A DNA stretch of 64,000 nucleotides. Origin: Octopus sinensis. Its lineage: Eukaryota. The notes under the pieces were generated by a model, which was not told the DNA's origin, ran no database searches, and saw only the letters and a list, made by a program, of their open reading frames with translations. The stretch is from positions 143,468,001 to 143,532,000 of the forward strand of contig NC_043000.1 of assembly GCF_006345805.1 (NCBI RefSeq). The letters are read 5' to 3'. The number at the start of each line of letters is the position of its first letter. The first letter of the stretch is position 1. Below, piece after piece: positions 14,018-26,427 of the stretch. The translations under genes were made by a program, and so were the position numbers.

Positions 14018-14215
14018 TATTGGTTTCGAATTTTTGGCACAAGGCTAACAATTTCGGAGGAGGGTCGAAGTGGATGTAATCGACACCAGTGTTCAACTTG
14101 TACTTATTTTATTGACCCCGAAATGACGAAAGCCAAATTCGACTCCGGCGACATTTGTACTCAGAAGGTGATGTCGGACGAAATGCCGCTAAGTCTTTTG
14201 TCCGGCAAACCGTTC
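14018..14215 (-). mobile_element. Diverged monomeric SINE, family C-related
   Basis: Contains tacttattttattgaccccgaaatgacgaaagccaaattcgactccggcg...gacgaaatgccgctaag, homologous to the family C core and head. Confidence 0.7.
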
Positions 14216-16048
14216 TAAACTTTCCTATGATATGTTGATGAGGAATTGTTACCGTAGCATCCAACTGTACTTTACAACCACTGTCATTAGGTGGAACGTG
14301 ATGTTATTACAAAGATGAAGAACTACCGAAAGGAAGACAGAGAGAGAGTGGGGAAATGGAGAGAGAGACTTAAATAGATTCAATATAATATGCATTACTG
14401 TTTATAGTTTTTGAAATAATAGGATTAAATACTAAATTTCAAGGCGTCGAAACAACATAATTTTCTCATTTCAAATACGAGCTCTTCGTTTCTGTAGTTG
14501 TGTACAATTACTGTGCAACTATATCTAAGTATATACACTCCAACATGCTTGCTTTATATAGGTAACTGAATTAGAACATTTTCTTGATGTTGTCTACATT
14601 CTAGTTTAGCCCTTCCCGATTACTCAAGTACAGCTTACATCCCTTCGATTACTAAACTATATTTTATTCTCCTAATCACCTTAGCTTAGGATGTATATAT
14701 CTAAGTAATCGTTATCCTCGCTACATGTTTTGGTGAGGAATCGTATAAAACTGATTATTTTCATGCAGCGATATTTTCCAGTTCAAACAAAATAGTAAAT
14801 GAAAATATACAAAAATTTATTCCATATAGTGTTATACTATGATGCAATAGTAATATAAAAAATATGTTAATATCTAAATATAGAAGAAAGACTGATACAT
14901 GCGTATTAGAGTTTTGAACTTCTAATAAAAGAAGCTAGTTCTTATTACATGCACAAAAGCCTCTCTCTTTCGAAGCAGATAAATTCCCATATGAATTATG
15001 AGAGAAACTGTGCTGAGTACAACACTTTCTACGTAAATGTTGTAAATTGCTACTTTTTAACAGTACATAATAAGGAAGTTAATTACTCTAAAATAATTTA
15101 GACAAATTCTTCCTTTAATCTCTAAATATGATTGGAAATATAACACACAATGGGTATCAATACACACATATACGCATGCGCATGCACACGTACGCACACG
15201 CGCGCACGCATGCACACACACGTGCACACATTTACACGACAAGAGCTCGAATCACATAAGGCTTTTACGAACTGACAAACATTATCAAATAATTATTGTT
15301 GATACAGAATAAAGACATCAAGTGTGTCTCAATTTCATTTAATACTATCTAGCTTGTGATACCTATCTCTATTTCAAATGGCAACAAGGAAATATTCTAG
15401 GAATCGGTGATTACTCCGTTTAGACAAATATTCTCGTCGAAATACTCTTTGAGTATAGCAGAAATACCTTTTAAAGCATATATGGATATGAGCTTATATT
15501 TATTGTTAAACATGTATTCTTAATCTACGTCAACATAACGATTTTCATTGAGGATAATAGAAGCCATATTACGGTTTTTAAGTTAAGGTGGACTTGAATA
15601 GCTTAATATTACCATAATTTCTTCATTAACTATTCACGTCACAAACATTGACCTTAATAAAAGTACATGAATTACAACCCATTTTAATACTCTTCAACTT
15701 AATTGTTTCTATTTGCTAATGTTGATGAGTTAATAGTGAGTGTACTATAATAAAGCTTTGCTTTTATCATTGTTTGATATTCCGCCTGAAATTCAAGTAG
15801 TATTCTCAAAAGATTCAAAAATTTGAAGTATTGGATTCAAGCTGATTAAATGAAATTATGTTCGTAGGTGCAGTTTTGAGGGAAGTTTGGCTGCTATATC
15901 AAACGTATCGAGTGGCAGCTTATAAGGCCTTCATTTTAGGTGTCGTTGTTAACTTGGATATTTTTCAAAATATAAGTCAAACTTGATCGAACAAATCTAT
16001 GATAACAGTTGTTCACGTCGGAATTTTATAGAGGAACTCTATATAACA

Positions 16049-16422
16049 CTAGCAGTATCGCCCGGCGTTGCTCGGGTTTGTAAGGGAAATAACTGTATAA
16101 GCATTTTTAGAGAGTTATAGCCAAAAAATAGCAAAAGAAATGCATTAAAAATGAAATAAAAATGATGGTAAATTTGTTAAAAAATCGTTGACTCATCGTA
16201 GACATTTTTAGAGAGTTACTTCCCTTATATAATCGCGAAAAAATGCATTAAAATGGAAAAGAATGATGGTAAATTATTTTTAAAATCGTAGACAGAAGGG
16301 CTCGATATGAATCACGACTATAAGATACCCGGTTTTGGTTAAACTGCACCGCAAAATGTAGGAGTAGTTAGGAATCTAAATCGTAGGAGACAGACACAGA
16401 ACTTGACTTTTATATATAAAAA
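16049..16422 (-). mobile_element. Non-autonomous Helitron, same family as 6750-7172
   Basis: Identical 3' end (plus strand actagcagtatcgcccggcgttgctcggg) and colinear body. The 5' TC appears as TT. Confidence 0.8.
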
Positions 16423-16609
16423 TATATACGAAGATAAGGCAGGATTTTAGAGGTATTCAGCTGCTATACCCAGTATACAGAACACCTGTACAGAAATCCC
16501 TTTCTTGAAAAAATCGAAGTACAATGACGTACACATGACTGCACATATATATATATATCGTACATATATGTATGTTTATGTATTTATATATTTATATGTG
16601 TGCATATAT

Positions 16610-16651
<42 letters not shown>

Positions 16652-17603
16652 TATATATCTCTGTCTTACACACACGCACACATATATTTATATGTGCATA
16701 TATATGTAAAGAGATAGATATATATTCTTGTATGCGATCATTATTGTAAGATAAGTTAGGCTTAATATATATATATATAATTATACTTATCTTATTTGTA
16801 TAGATATGCACAAACGCACTATTTCTCTGTCTTCACACAAACGCACACTTATTACGCCATGAAACATATGCACTCAAACACATATATGTATAATCATCTT
16901 GTTTTTCCTCGATTGTTTACTTATAGAGTTAACCTCAATAAGATCATATTTTATAAAATATAAAATCATACATCAAGAAGTAATTGGAATCATAAATATA
17001 CATCAAGGCAGGTATAACAACTACACCGGAAGGAGAAAAAAAGTAAAGGAAAAAAAACATAAATCTGAACAAAAAAACTATGACATGAAATAACATGAAA
17101 TAAAACTTCCAGGTCAACTAGTTCTAGGTAGGATTTAGTTACATACGTTACTTCCTTTCGTTTTTATCTTTTGTGACAGTTAAATGTAAAGCTGGAATAA
17201 GTATTGATATTTTTTTTGTTTAGTTTCATTCCCTTTGATATGAGAAATATCGACTTATGTAGATCTCATTTTCTATTATAATGATGCATAAGAGAAGGAA
17301 AGCGGGAGAAGGAGAAATATGAAAATAAAATAACATTGTTTCTGGATAAGTCAATTATATCAATATTTGTCATATCATAATATAGGGATACAGTTTCGAG
17401 AGATTGAATGACAAAAAGTATCATATTTATTGTAGATTTCCGGTTCCAGAAAAATGAAAATATGAAATAATTCAAACTAAGTTTTATAAACTTAACGTAG
17501 TGAAATACTATCATGTCAGTGTCACAATTTTTACCGAGTTTTGTATTTTCTGGAATGGCTGCATGGGTAGTATCTGGAATACCAAAATCTTGCATATGCA
17601 TAT

Positions 17604-18048
<445 letters not shown>

Positions 18049-18242
18049 ATCTGAGACGTATTGGTTCAAGAAGACACGTAAGTGTCAGGAACTCAGACAC
18101 AAGGTAGAGGAAACTTAAATATACTCCATTCTGCTTAAATAATAGAACTCCAAATACAATATCCTTACGTATCTCAATTCTATTTTTCATTCCTACACTA
18201 CCCTCTCTATTACATATCTTCTCTACGTAATTATTACTTAAA

Positions 18243-18370
18243 CATTTTCTCGCACCGTCTCTGGTGAAGGGATATGTAAAATATCCCGTAAAAAGCTGTA
18301 AAAACCTTCTCTTTATAAATGTTCTGAAAACTATTCACAGCCTTGGACTTTTATCTCATTCTGTTAATTA
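18243..18370 (+). mobile_element. Second, more decayed Penelope-like terminal-repeat fragment
   Basis: Aligns with 24735-24863: gtctctggtgaagggatatgtaaaatatcccgtaaaaagctgta...ttctctttataaatgt...ccttgg...tatctcatt. Confidence 0.55.
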
Positions 18371-18376
18371 TTATAT

Positions 18377-18469
<93 letters not shown>

Positions 18470-18472
<3 letters not shown>

Positions 18473-18685
18473 TTAGATAAACTTACATATGTTTCGACCA
18501 AAGATTGGTCCAGGCCATGTCTAAGTTAATAGCACCACCTGATAGGATTATTTGAATCCTGTTTAAGTCAAGTTTTGTTTATGGTCCATTCAAGTAGTGA
18601 GTTTTTGTTGGGTGAGTTGTATCCAATTATGGGTGGCTTATCTGGTATTCCTTGAAGGAATCTATCCAGGCTCCGTTTAAAGTTG
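18470..18685 (-). mobile_element. 3' end of CR1/L2-group LINE
   Basis: Minus strand FKRSLDRFLQGIPDKPPIIGYNSPNKNSLLEWTINKT* matches the FK..LD.FL..IPD.P...GY...NSL C-terminal motif. Followed by a 3' UTR hairpin (GACCA aag ATTGGTC) and a (TA)n tail. Confidence 0.6.
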
Positions 18686-19494
18686 ATATATATATATATA
18701 TGAGAAATCATTAAACTTAAGCGATTATCGTTAATTAAGATGAGAAATTCATCGCTTTCTCTTTTGGTTCACTAATTTTGCCCATTTTTAGCGAGTTACG
18801 AATGATGCGGAAATTGAAATTGGATGTATTAACTGAATTGAGTTTTTATAGTAGTGAAACCAAAAATTAATTTTACGAATATACGTCCCATACCTCGCTA
18901 AGCAATGCTCCAAATAATCCATGCTTGTATAACTCTAAGCATATAAGCACATACAAAATCCCGAGAAACACACTCCACTTCCCTCTTATACCCACTTGCA
19001 CTGAGTTAAATTCTTATGCTTGCATCTATACACCAGCCGTTTTCTTCCTTCTTATAGAACAACAGTCCCAATTCGCCTGTATTTTCTTATTGATTATTTC
19101 CCTTTTCTACGCTCATTCCTCTTCTTCATTCTTCTGAAGAACAAATATTGCACTGTTATATCGACCTCGGTGTTGAACTAGTACTTAGTGTAACTTCGAA
19201 GAGATAAAAGACAACTTTGACTTCGGCAGACGAAACGAATAAATATTGCAAAACAATTTTTCCGGCACACTCGTGTTTGTCAATCCAGTAAGAATCCTGA
19301 TGAAATACAAATTTAAATTCTAAAACATGTTGCAGAAGAAGGGTATGTTTGGATAGACCGACTAAATTACTGGACAGGTGTTTATTGATTTTGTCGAGGT
19401 AATTTGTGTAAATCCATATTAATTCTACCAATCACCACCTTCATAACGAGAACGGTGACAGTAGCAACATCAACAACAATAATAATAATTATTT

Positions 19495-19677
19495 ATTTGG
19501 CACAAAGCCAAAAATTTTTAGTGGCGGGTTAAGTAGGTTATATCGACTCTAGTAACTTAATGGATGAAAGGCAAAGTTGACCTCGGTGGCATCTTAACTG
19601 AAGGCGTAACAAGTCGGAAGCAATTCGGGTAAGCATTTATTCCGACTGGGAAATGATTCTTCCAGTTTGTCGCTACC
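19495..19677 (-). mobile_element. Diverged monomeric SINE, family C-related
   Basis: Contains ggatgaaaggcaaagttgacctcggtggcat core and tail ggcacaaagccaaaaatttt. Confidence 0.65.
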
Positions 19678-21974
19678 TGCAAATTTGGGAGGAAAGAGTT
19701 ACTCAAGTAATTCAAGTATAATTGTCTCGTTCCTGAAAGGTTGAAAAGTAAATTTGTCTCACACGCTACAATTCAACCAGGTGTCCGTGTTCAGTTTCTA
19801 ATTTTATCACAAACTGACCAATTTTACCGGGTGGGTGTTTAGTCGATCACATTTCTACCACACTGATTGGTACTTTGTCAACCCATTGCGACTGGATGAA
19901 ACACAATGGAATGAGAACACAAAGAGACAGACGAAATCGGAATAGATAGTTTCAACGTTGCTCCTCTCATTTAATTCTTTATTTCTCATTAAACTAAGTT
20001 ATCTAGTAGCAGCCCTCTGACACTCTGATTTCTAGCTGGAATTCGGAAGATAACACTACGTGGACACAATCAGGGATCTGATAGAAATCTCTTTCAAATC
20101 AAATCCTACCAGCTATAGAAAAGAAACGTAGGACTCTGTCTGCGCAGATAGGAGAAAATGGTAAGTGTACTGGAGCAATATGATGAAATTGGCTTGTGGC
20201 TAAACAAAATCAGCCTTAACAATGATTTAGTATTTATTCCTAGCAAAGGCTTGGAAACAGCAAATTGATGCAAATTATTTTCAATTGTTGCCCATAACAA
20301 ATAATATAAATGATAGTCCACTTATACACAGGAAACCCACTTATACTCAATGTTAATTATATTCATAACCAAACAATGGACCATTGATTGGTCCTTTTGG
20401 AAATCTATAAGCACCAACGTTATCTCTCACAAAAATATCGGAGATAAAAGGAAAGGTAAATGGAATTAAATAACATAACAAAAGGTTTTGTAGATCGTTG
20501 GCCGACCCAACCCAGTGATCATTAAAGCAATGGACCATAATGTACGAAAACTTTTATCACAGTATATATAATACTGCTCATTTTACACAAGAGAAACACA
20601 TACACAAACATACAAGTAGACACAGTCATACATACACACCCTTATATATATACGATGTATTAAATTAGTAGAAGTATATATATATATATACACAAATATT
20701 CATATACCATGTATTAAATAAGTAGAAGCAGCATGCTTTAATAATTGTGTTCATTTCAAAATGCCCAAGGGTAATATGGAAGCCAAATATTATTTTCCAG
20801 TTATATATTTGCTATTGCTTCGCTAAATATAAAGGGGATGATATGAATATAGGTTATTTAAAATATCCTTCACATACCTTTAGAGATTTTCCATTAAGGA
20901 ATATACTTCTTGCGGTCGATACAAAGAAAAAACATGAAGCAGTTTTCTTTTACGAGGAAAAAATGTCTCTCTTTTAAAGTAATATTACAACAGTGAGACG
21001 GTAAAGCGATTCAAATAGTTTAGGTATTTTTCTTTATATGAGATAGATATGACATATATTTTATTAAAGAAGAGCAGATATTTTCTGTTCATGTAAAGTA
21101 AACTTGTGAAATTACTTCGAAATTACCGGAAATTATCTCCCCTTTTTTTAGTGTTACTATCCCTAACGTTTCGTAAAAGGAACCGGAAGGAGTCAATAAC
21201 TTGTGAATAATTGCTAAAATCCGTTTCCCTAACTGGAGAGAATTTTTATGAGATAATGAGGACACAATTCTCCCTATAGAAAAGTTACACATCTACTTGC
21301 TAATTATGTATATGCCTTGTCCATGGAATAGAAGAGCTGGCATAAGTAAATCTAGTTCATACCATTGTACCTGACTATATATTCTGAATCGTTTTGTTGG
21401 TTTTCTCAGCTGACATTAACATACATAAACTGATAAACCACAAAGGATGAAATATGTAAAGATTGGACAAATAAAAAAAAATTAAAAAAACAAATAGCAA
21501 AAATATCTCTCTTTAAGTTGTATATTCACTGCATTCCATGTCTGAAGATGTTTATAGTGGAAAAAATACAAAACTAATGAATCCAAAATAAATCAATGGA
21601 TAAAATACAATATTCTGTGATCATAATAAACATAGAAAGTAAGAATCACCTGTACTCAGTTAAAAAGTACGAAGGTAGTACATAAAGAAATATATTACTA
21701 CGATTCCAGACTCTAAATCTGTATTTTTAATAGGAAAAATTAACACACATATAAACTCATGCAAGCACGCGCACGCGCGCGCACACACACATACACAGAC
21801 ACACACACACTCACACGCACAAACACTCATACACATGCACACCCACTCTCACACAAACACACACACAAACACATATACACACACAGACACACACAAACAT
21901 ACACATATATACAGTATAGAATTTTTTCATATATACAGTATAGTATTGCATAGGATCAACAAAATATTCTAACA

Positions 21975-22025
<51 letters not shown>

Positions 22026-22716
22026 CGTGCGTGCGTGTGTGTAGAAAAGATTCAGTGGACAAACAAACAAAGGGCACTCAACACATTTATTTGGAGTTAC
22101 ATGTACTGTTCGAATTGCCTCCGGCCTCAGCAGAGCGCGTGTTAAGAAGGTCTTACTAGCTGAAGATAACAGATTGACACCTCCCAGAATTGAAGAAGTA
22201 TATGCCTTTTATGGATGTGAAACCATTCGTCACTCTATGATAGGACATAGACATAATTGCATATAAAAATATGTGTGCCTGTGGCTGTGTATGTGTGTGT
22301 GTGTGCGCCAGTGTGTTTGTGTGTGTATTTAGTGTTAAGTGTCAGGCTCGTGTCCCGAATACCATAGACAAGATTAGTAATAATATTATTTTGGTCGAAT
22401 TTAATTATTTGCTAGGGTGGAGTTTCGTCAGCGTGTTCTCACAAGGTCATGCAACATGCTATGATTCTTAATGTACATGTTACCCTGACTGTGAACGCAA
22501 TAGGCGATGCTCCAGTATGGCAACAATTTATCTCGATCAACACATACACATGCACGCACGCACGAACACACGCACACGCGCGTGCGCACACACTCACACT
22601 AACAAATATACACATACGTTTATACATATATATATAAATGTGGATTTGAACTAAAATACCGTTTAAAATATTATATTTCTTTTTAGCCTTTTCGTATATA
22701 TCTGATATTTACTTAC

Positions 22717-22921
22717 CTTGCACATAAAGAACAACTTGCTTAATCTTTACTGGATCTGTGTTGATTTGACACATATATAAGCCTTGATCATCCGAAGTGA
22801 CGTCTCGTATGTGCAAATTCCAGTTAGCGACGTAAGGCCTTTCGACACTAACTCGGGCATCATCGATTACCCTTCTATTTTCTAATGTAAGTAGCGACAA
22901 CTTTTTGTCCATCCAAACAAC
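22717..22921 (-). CDS. Internal coding exon of an Ig-superfamily cell-adhesion gene (Lachesin/DIP/IgLON-like first Ig domain, C strand to G strand)
   Basis: Minus-strand acceptor ...ttttattcacag|GTT and donor CAAG|gtaagt. The 205 nt (68 codons + 1 nt; phase 0 to phase 1) translate as VVWMDKKLSLLTLENRRVIDDARVSVERPYVANWNLHIRDVTSDDQGLYMCQINTDPVKIKQVVLYVQ. This has the Ig C-strand Trp, the WNLHIRDV E strand and the D-x-G-x-Y-x-C F-strand motif. A phase-0 intron just before V-x-W is typical of this family. The family call is by motif recognition, not a database search. Confidence 0.9.
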
Positions 22922-23276
22922 CTGTGAATAAAAGTAAAGCAATATTTGTAAATAATACTAACAGTAATTAATTCATCATCAAAGTCAATCAACATGCTAA
23001 TTTTTTTCCTTACTTCATTTATCGTGTCAGTGCTAGAAGTATTTCACTATAAGAATGTAAATGCATATATACTAAAAATATGTTTAATGAATTACTCTTT
23101 TGCCATTTACCTGGTAGCAAGCTCTGAGTGTCTGGTGGCACTCTAATTGCTCGATCTACACTTTATTCTGAAATGCAGATGAGTCATAAAGAGGAGCTTC
23201 GAAAATACGCGTCTAGCAAACGATGACCCCATATACTCACTGTCAAGATACCGTAGCCTGAGTGCTGTGAGTTTTC

Positions 23277-23290
23277 ATATAATAATAATA

Positions 23291-23335
<45 letters not shown>

Positions 23336-23381
23336 TAATAAAATAATAATGATAATAATAATGATGATGATAATAATAATA

Positions 23382-23419
<38 letters not shown>

Positions 23420-23436
23420 TAATGATAATAATAATA

Positions 23437-23471
<35 letters not shown>

Positions 23472-23530
23472 TAATAATAATAATAATGATGATGATGATG
23501 ATAGTAGTAGTAATAATAATAATTATTATA
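23277..23530. repeat. Degenerate (AAT)n microsatellite
   Basis: Direct reading. Confidence 0.9.
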
Positions 23531-23660
23531 ATAAAATTATTTAACAGATGAACACAGGGAGCGTTTAACATGTGAGATCGATAAAACGCTACTCAATTAT
23601 TTTAGGCGGCACTTTTCTTTATTTTCGATATTTTTGGTTAGGATTCTAAGTGTTAGACAA

Positions 23661-23945
23661 TATCCGAGTAAGTAATACTCATTAAAAGACTTGTTCTATT
23701 TCCGAGTAAGTAATACTCATTAAAATTTATTTCTATTTTCTAAATGAAATTATGTATTTTAAATGCGTATCGCCTCCATCACTCGCATAACACGTGTAAA
23801 CACGCCCGTCACACTAACAAGATTTTGCACTATATCCGAGTAAGTAATACTCATTAAAGCTTATTTCTGTTTTCCAAATGAAATTATGTATTATAACTTC
23901 GTATCAGCTCTATTACTCGCACAGCACATTTAAACACGCTCCTCA
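23661..23945 (+). repeat. Tandem duplication of a ~135-bp unit plus one partial copy
   Basis: TCCGAGTAAGTAATACTCATTAAA occurs at 23663, 23701 and 23835. The sequences following copies 2 and 3 are homologous (aaatgaaattatgtatt...cgtatc...actcgca...taaacacgc). Confidence 0.85.
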
Positions 23946-24734
23946 TTTTACTATTCAGTAAAATCAGACCATCTACATCCCAAACCACCATAAACAAAAA
24001 TAAAATGAAACATAAATTAGATAATACCCGTAATATTCAATCCGGGGATAATAGACGGGAAGTACTTACTTGAAGCTACACGTGCAAAACCATTTAACGA
24101 CAGAAATGAATGAACCAGAACCCTACGAAAATTATGACCATCAAATAAAATACAAAAGCATAACTGGACAGGTGTGAAAAATATATTTCAATCCTACATG
24201 CTTATTTTACAGCCGTGCTCTACTCACAGAGCTAAAACACAATGGCATATACATATAAAATCTGGAAGAACAATAACCTAAATATTAGGATGCAGCAATG
24301 AATCTTAATAAACTAGTTAACATACAGAAATATATTCTCAGAACAAAGACATAAGAAATATAAATAGAACACCTAAACGGAAAAATACATCAGAAAAACG
24401 CAGATAGTAACCACAGTGCAGTGTCAAATGATATCATAATCACTGGGTCTGTAAAATACGAAGAAGTACCATGTCCAACAAAAACGAAGTAAACAATGAA
24501 AGACAACAAACGGAGACAGTAAAGATGTATAATGATGAAGAAAATGCACCGACACAGAACACCAGAGACAAAAATTCTACACACCACTTTCCTTGGATAA
24601 CGGAAATGCAATAATAACATCCTACATATCTTTTTATCTTTACTTTTATTCTCTTATTTTCCTTCATACTTCTTATTTCTATCTTTTTCCCAAATAATTT
24701 GTTATATTGCACTCTAATATTTCCCTCTGTTTAA

Positions 24735-24863
24735 CCATCTCACGTCGTCTCTGATGAAGGGATATTCCTAATATCCCGGAAACAGCTGCAGGACTAAGTT
24801 TCTCTTTATAAATGTCCTAAAAATTCCATACAACCTTGGCTTTGCTATCTCATTTTATTTAAC
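24735..24863 (+). mobile_element. Penelope-like element terminal-repeat fragment containing a hammerhead-like fold
   Basis: GTCT-CTGATGA-A-GGGATAT(tccta)ATATCCC-G-GAAA-C-AGCT-G-CA-GGAC. Homologous to 18243-18370. Confidence 0.6.
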
Positions 24864-26367
24864 ATACATATAAACATCGAAGAAGGGATAGTTTACGCTT
24901 CCATTAAGGAAGCGTTAGCAAATATGACTTAGCCAGTGAGAAATGAATACCATTTCATGTACACTTTATTAAAAGTGCTACCGTTTCTAGGTGTATTAAA
25001 CTTTTCTCGCGGTTTCTGATGGACTAGCATTCCTTAATTTAAAACAGAACAAGGCATGTGTCTATTGCCTAAGGGTTACGAACCAAGCTATAAAATCTGC
25101 CTCAATGTCAAGAAACTATTGGAAGCTCTTACTTTAATACAGTATATATTGAATGAAACACACGCACATACACACATATAATTTATACACGTACTCATAT
25201 ACATACGTCATATGTATGTGTATATGTGTACTAAAATGATATTTCCATTATTGTGTTTATACCTAAATAAAAAGATGTAACGCTTATCATATTTTCAGGA
25301 GTTCTGTTTCCGCAGAACAATATAAGAGAGTTGTTCACGTTTTTAATATTGTCCCTCAAAGATATGAAGATAACTGTGTACAGAAAGTATAACTGAGCCT
25401 TTTTCACACAGGAGAAATTATATCGTTGAGATGTCAAGAGTAAACGACACATCAGTTTATGTACTGGGGCGAAATATTCTCGTTGTTTTCTACATCAGAA
25501 GCCCATAAATTAGTGCCGCATCTCCAGAGAAGTCTGAAGATTAAACTGTGCGTCGTGCACAGTATGGATAACATTTTATTACATTAGATGGATGGCTACA
25601 AACAGATAGCAATATGCTAAATTATTATGAAGCCTATATTTTTTAGATTCAATTCCCTGAAAGTTATATATAGCCTGTTAACAATGTGTTGTCGACAGTA
25701 ACAGTGAAAACCACGTTAGAAACTTTGAAAGATATAAATTTCGTGATGTCCGCATATAATGAAAGAAAAACATCAGAGTATTCTTGTTTTCTCCTTCAAG
25801 GTTAGCTATGATTGAACAAGACTATGATCAATAAACTGCATTGTATCATGACATTCAGTTACTATATCATGCGCAGGGTTACATTATCCAATAGATTTTT
25901 TTTTCTAAGATGGTACGAAATATATTCACAGGACACGAAAGATATGCTTTGATATGGATGATTTTGGAAGGTCTATCTGCCAGATTGAGAATCGTAAGCT
26001 ATATAAAATACTGTAGTAGAGGCCACTGGAAGCAACCGAAAATCCTGTCTTCTCCCCACTACAATAGAGTTTGTGTTTCAAGAGTCCACACCTATTCTCA
26101 ATTGGGCTAAACAACCACAGAGATTTGAATAGTAGTCATAAACAACAACCCCGTCGAACACGTTGTTTCGAGAGAAACAAAAGGGAAAAGAAACCCAATC
26201 GCTATTAAAAATCAGTGCCCCGTGATGGCCTCAGTTTCAAGTTGAAACAAAAGAGAGAAACAGATAAAAGAACAAAGATATGTCAACAACTAATACCAAT
26301 AATCCTACGCCTGAAGACAAGACTAACAAATGCGATCTTCAAAATGATGTCATGTTTTACTGTTTTA

Positions 26368-26427
<60 letters not shown>

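Noticed and set aside
21275-21369. Possible alternative Ig exon starting cag|GTA CAA TGG (VQW...)
   Set aside because: Weak polypyrimidine tract, in-frame TAG after 25 codons, and no Ig F-strand motif.
23661-23860. CRISPR-like repeat-spacer appearance of the 24-mer
   Set aside because: Eukaryotic context, no cas genes, and spacers of very unequal length that are homologous to each other. It is a tandem duplication.
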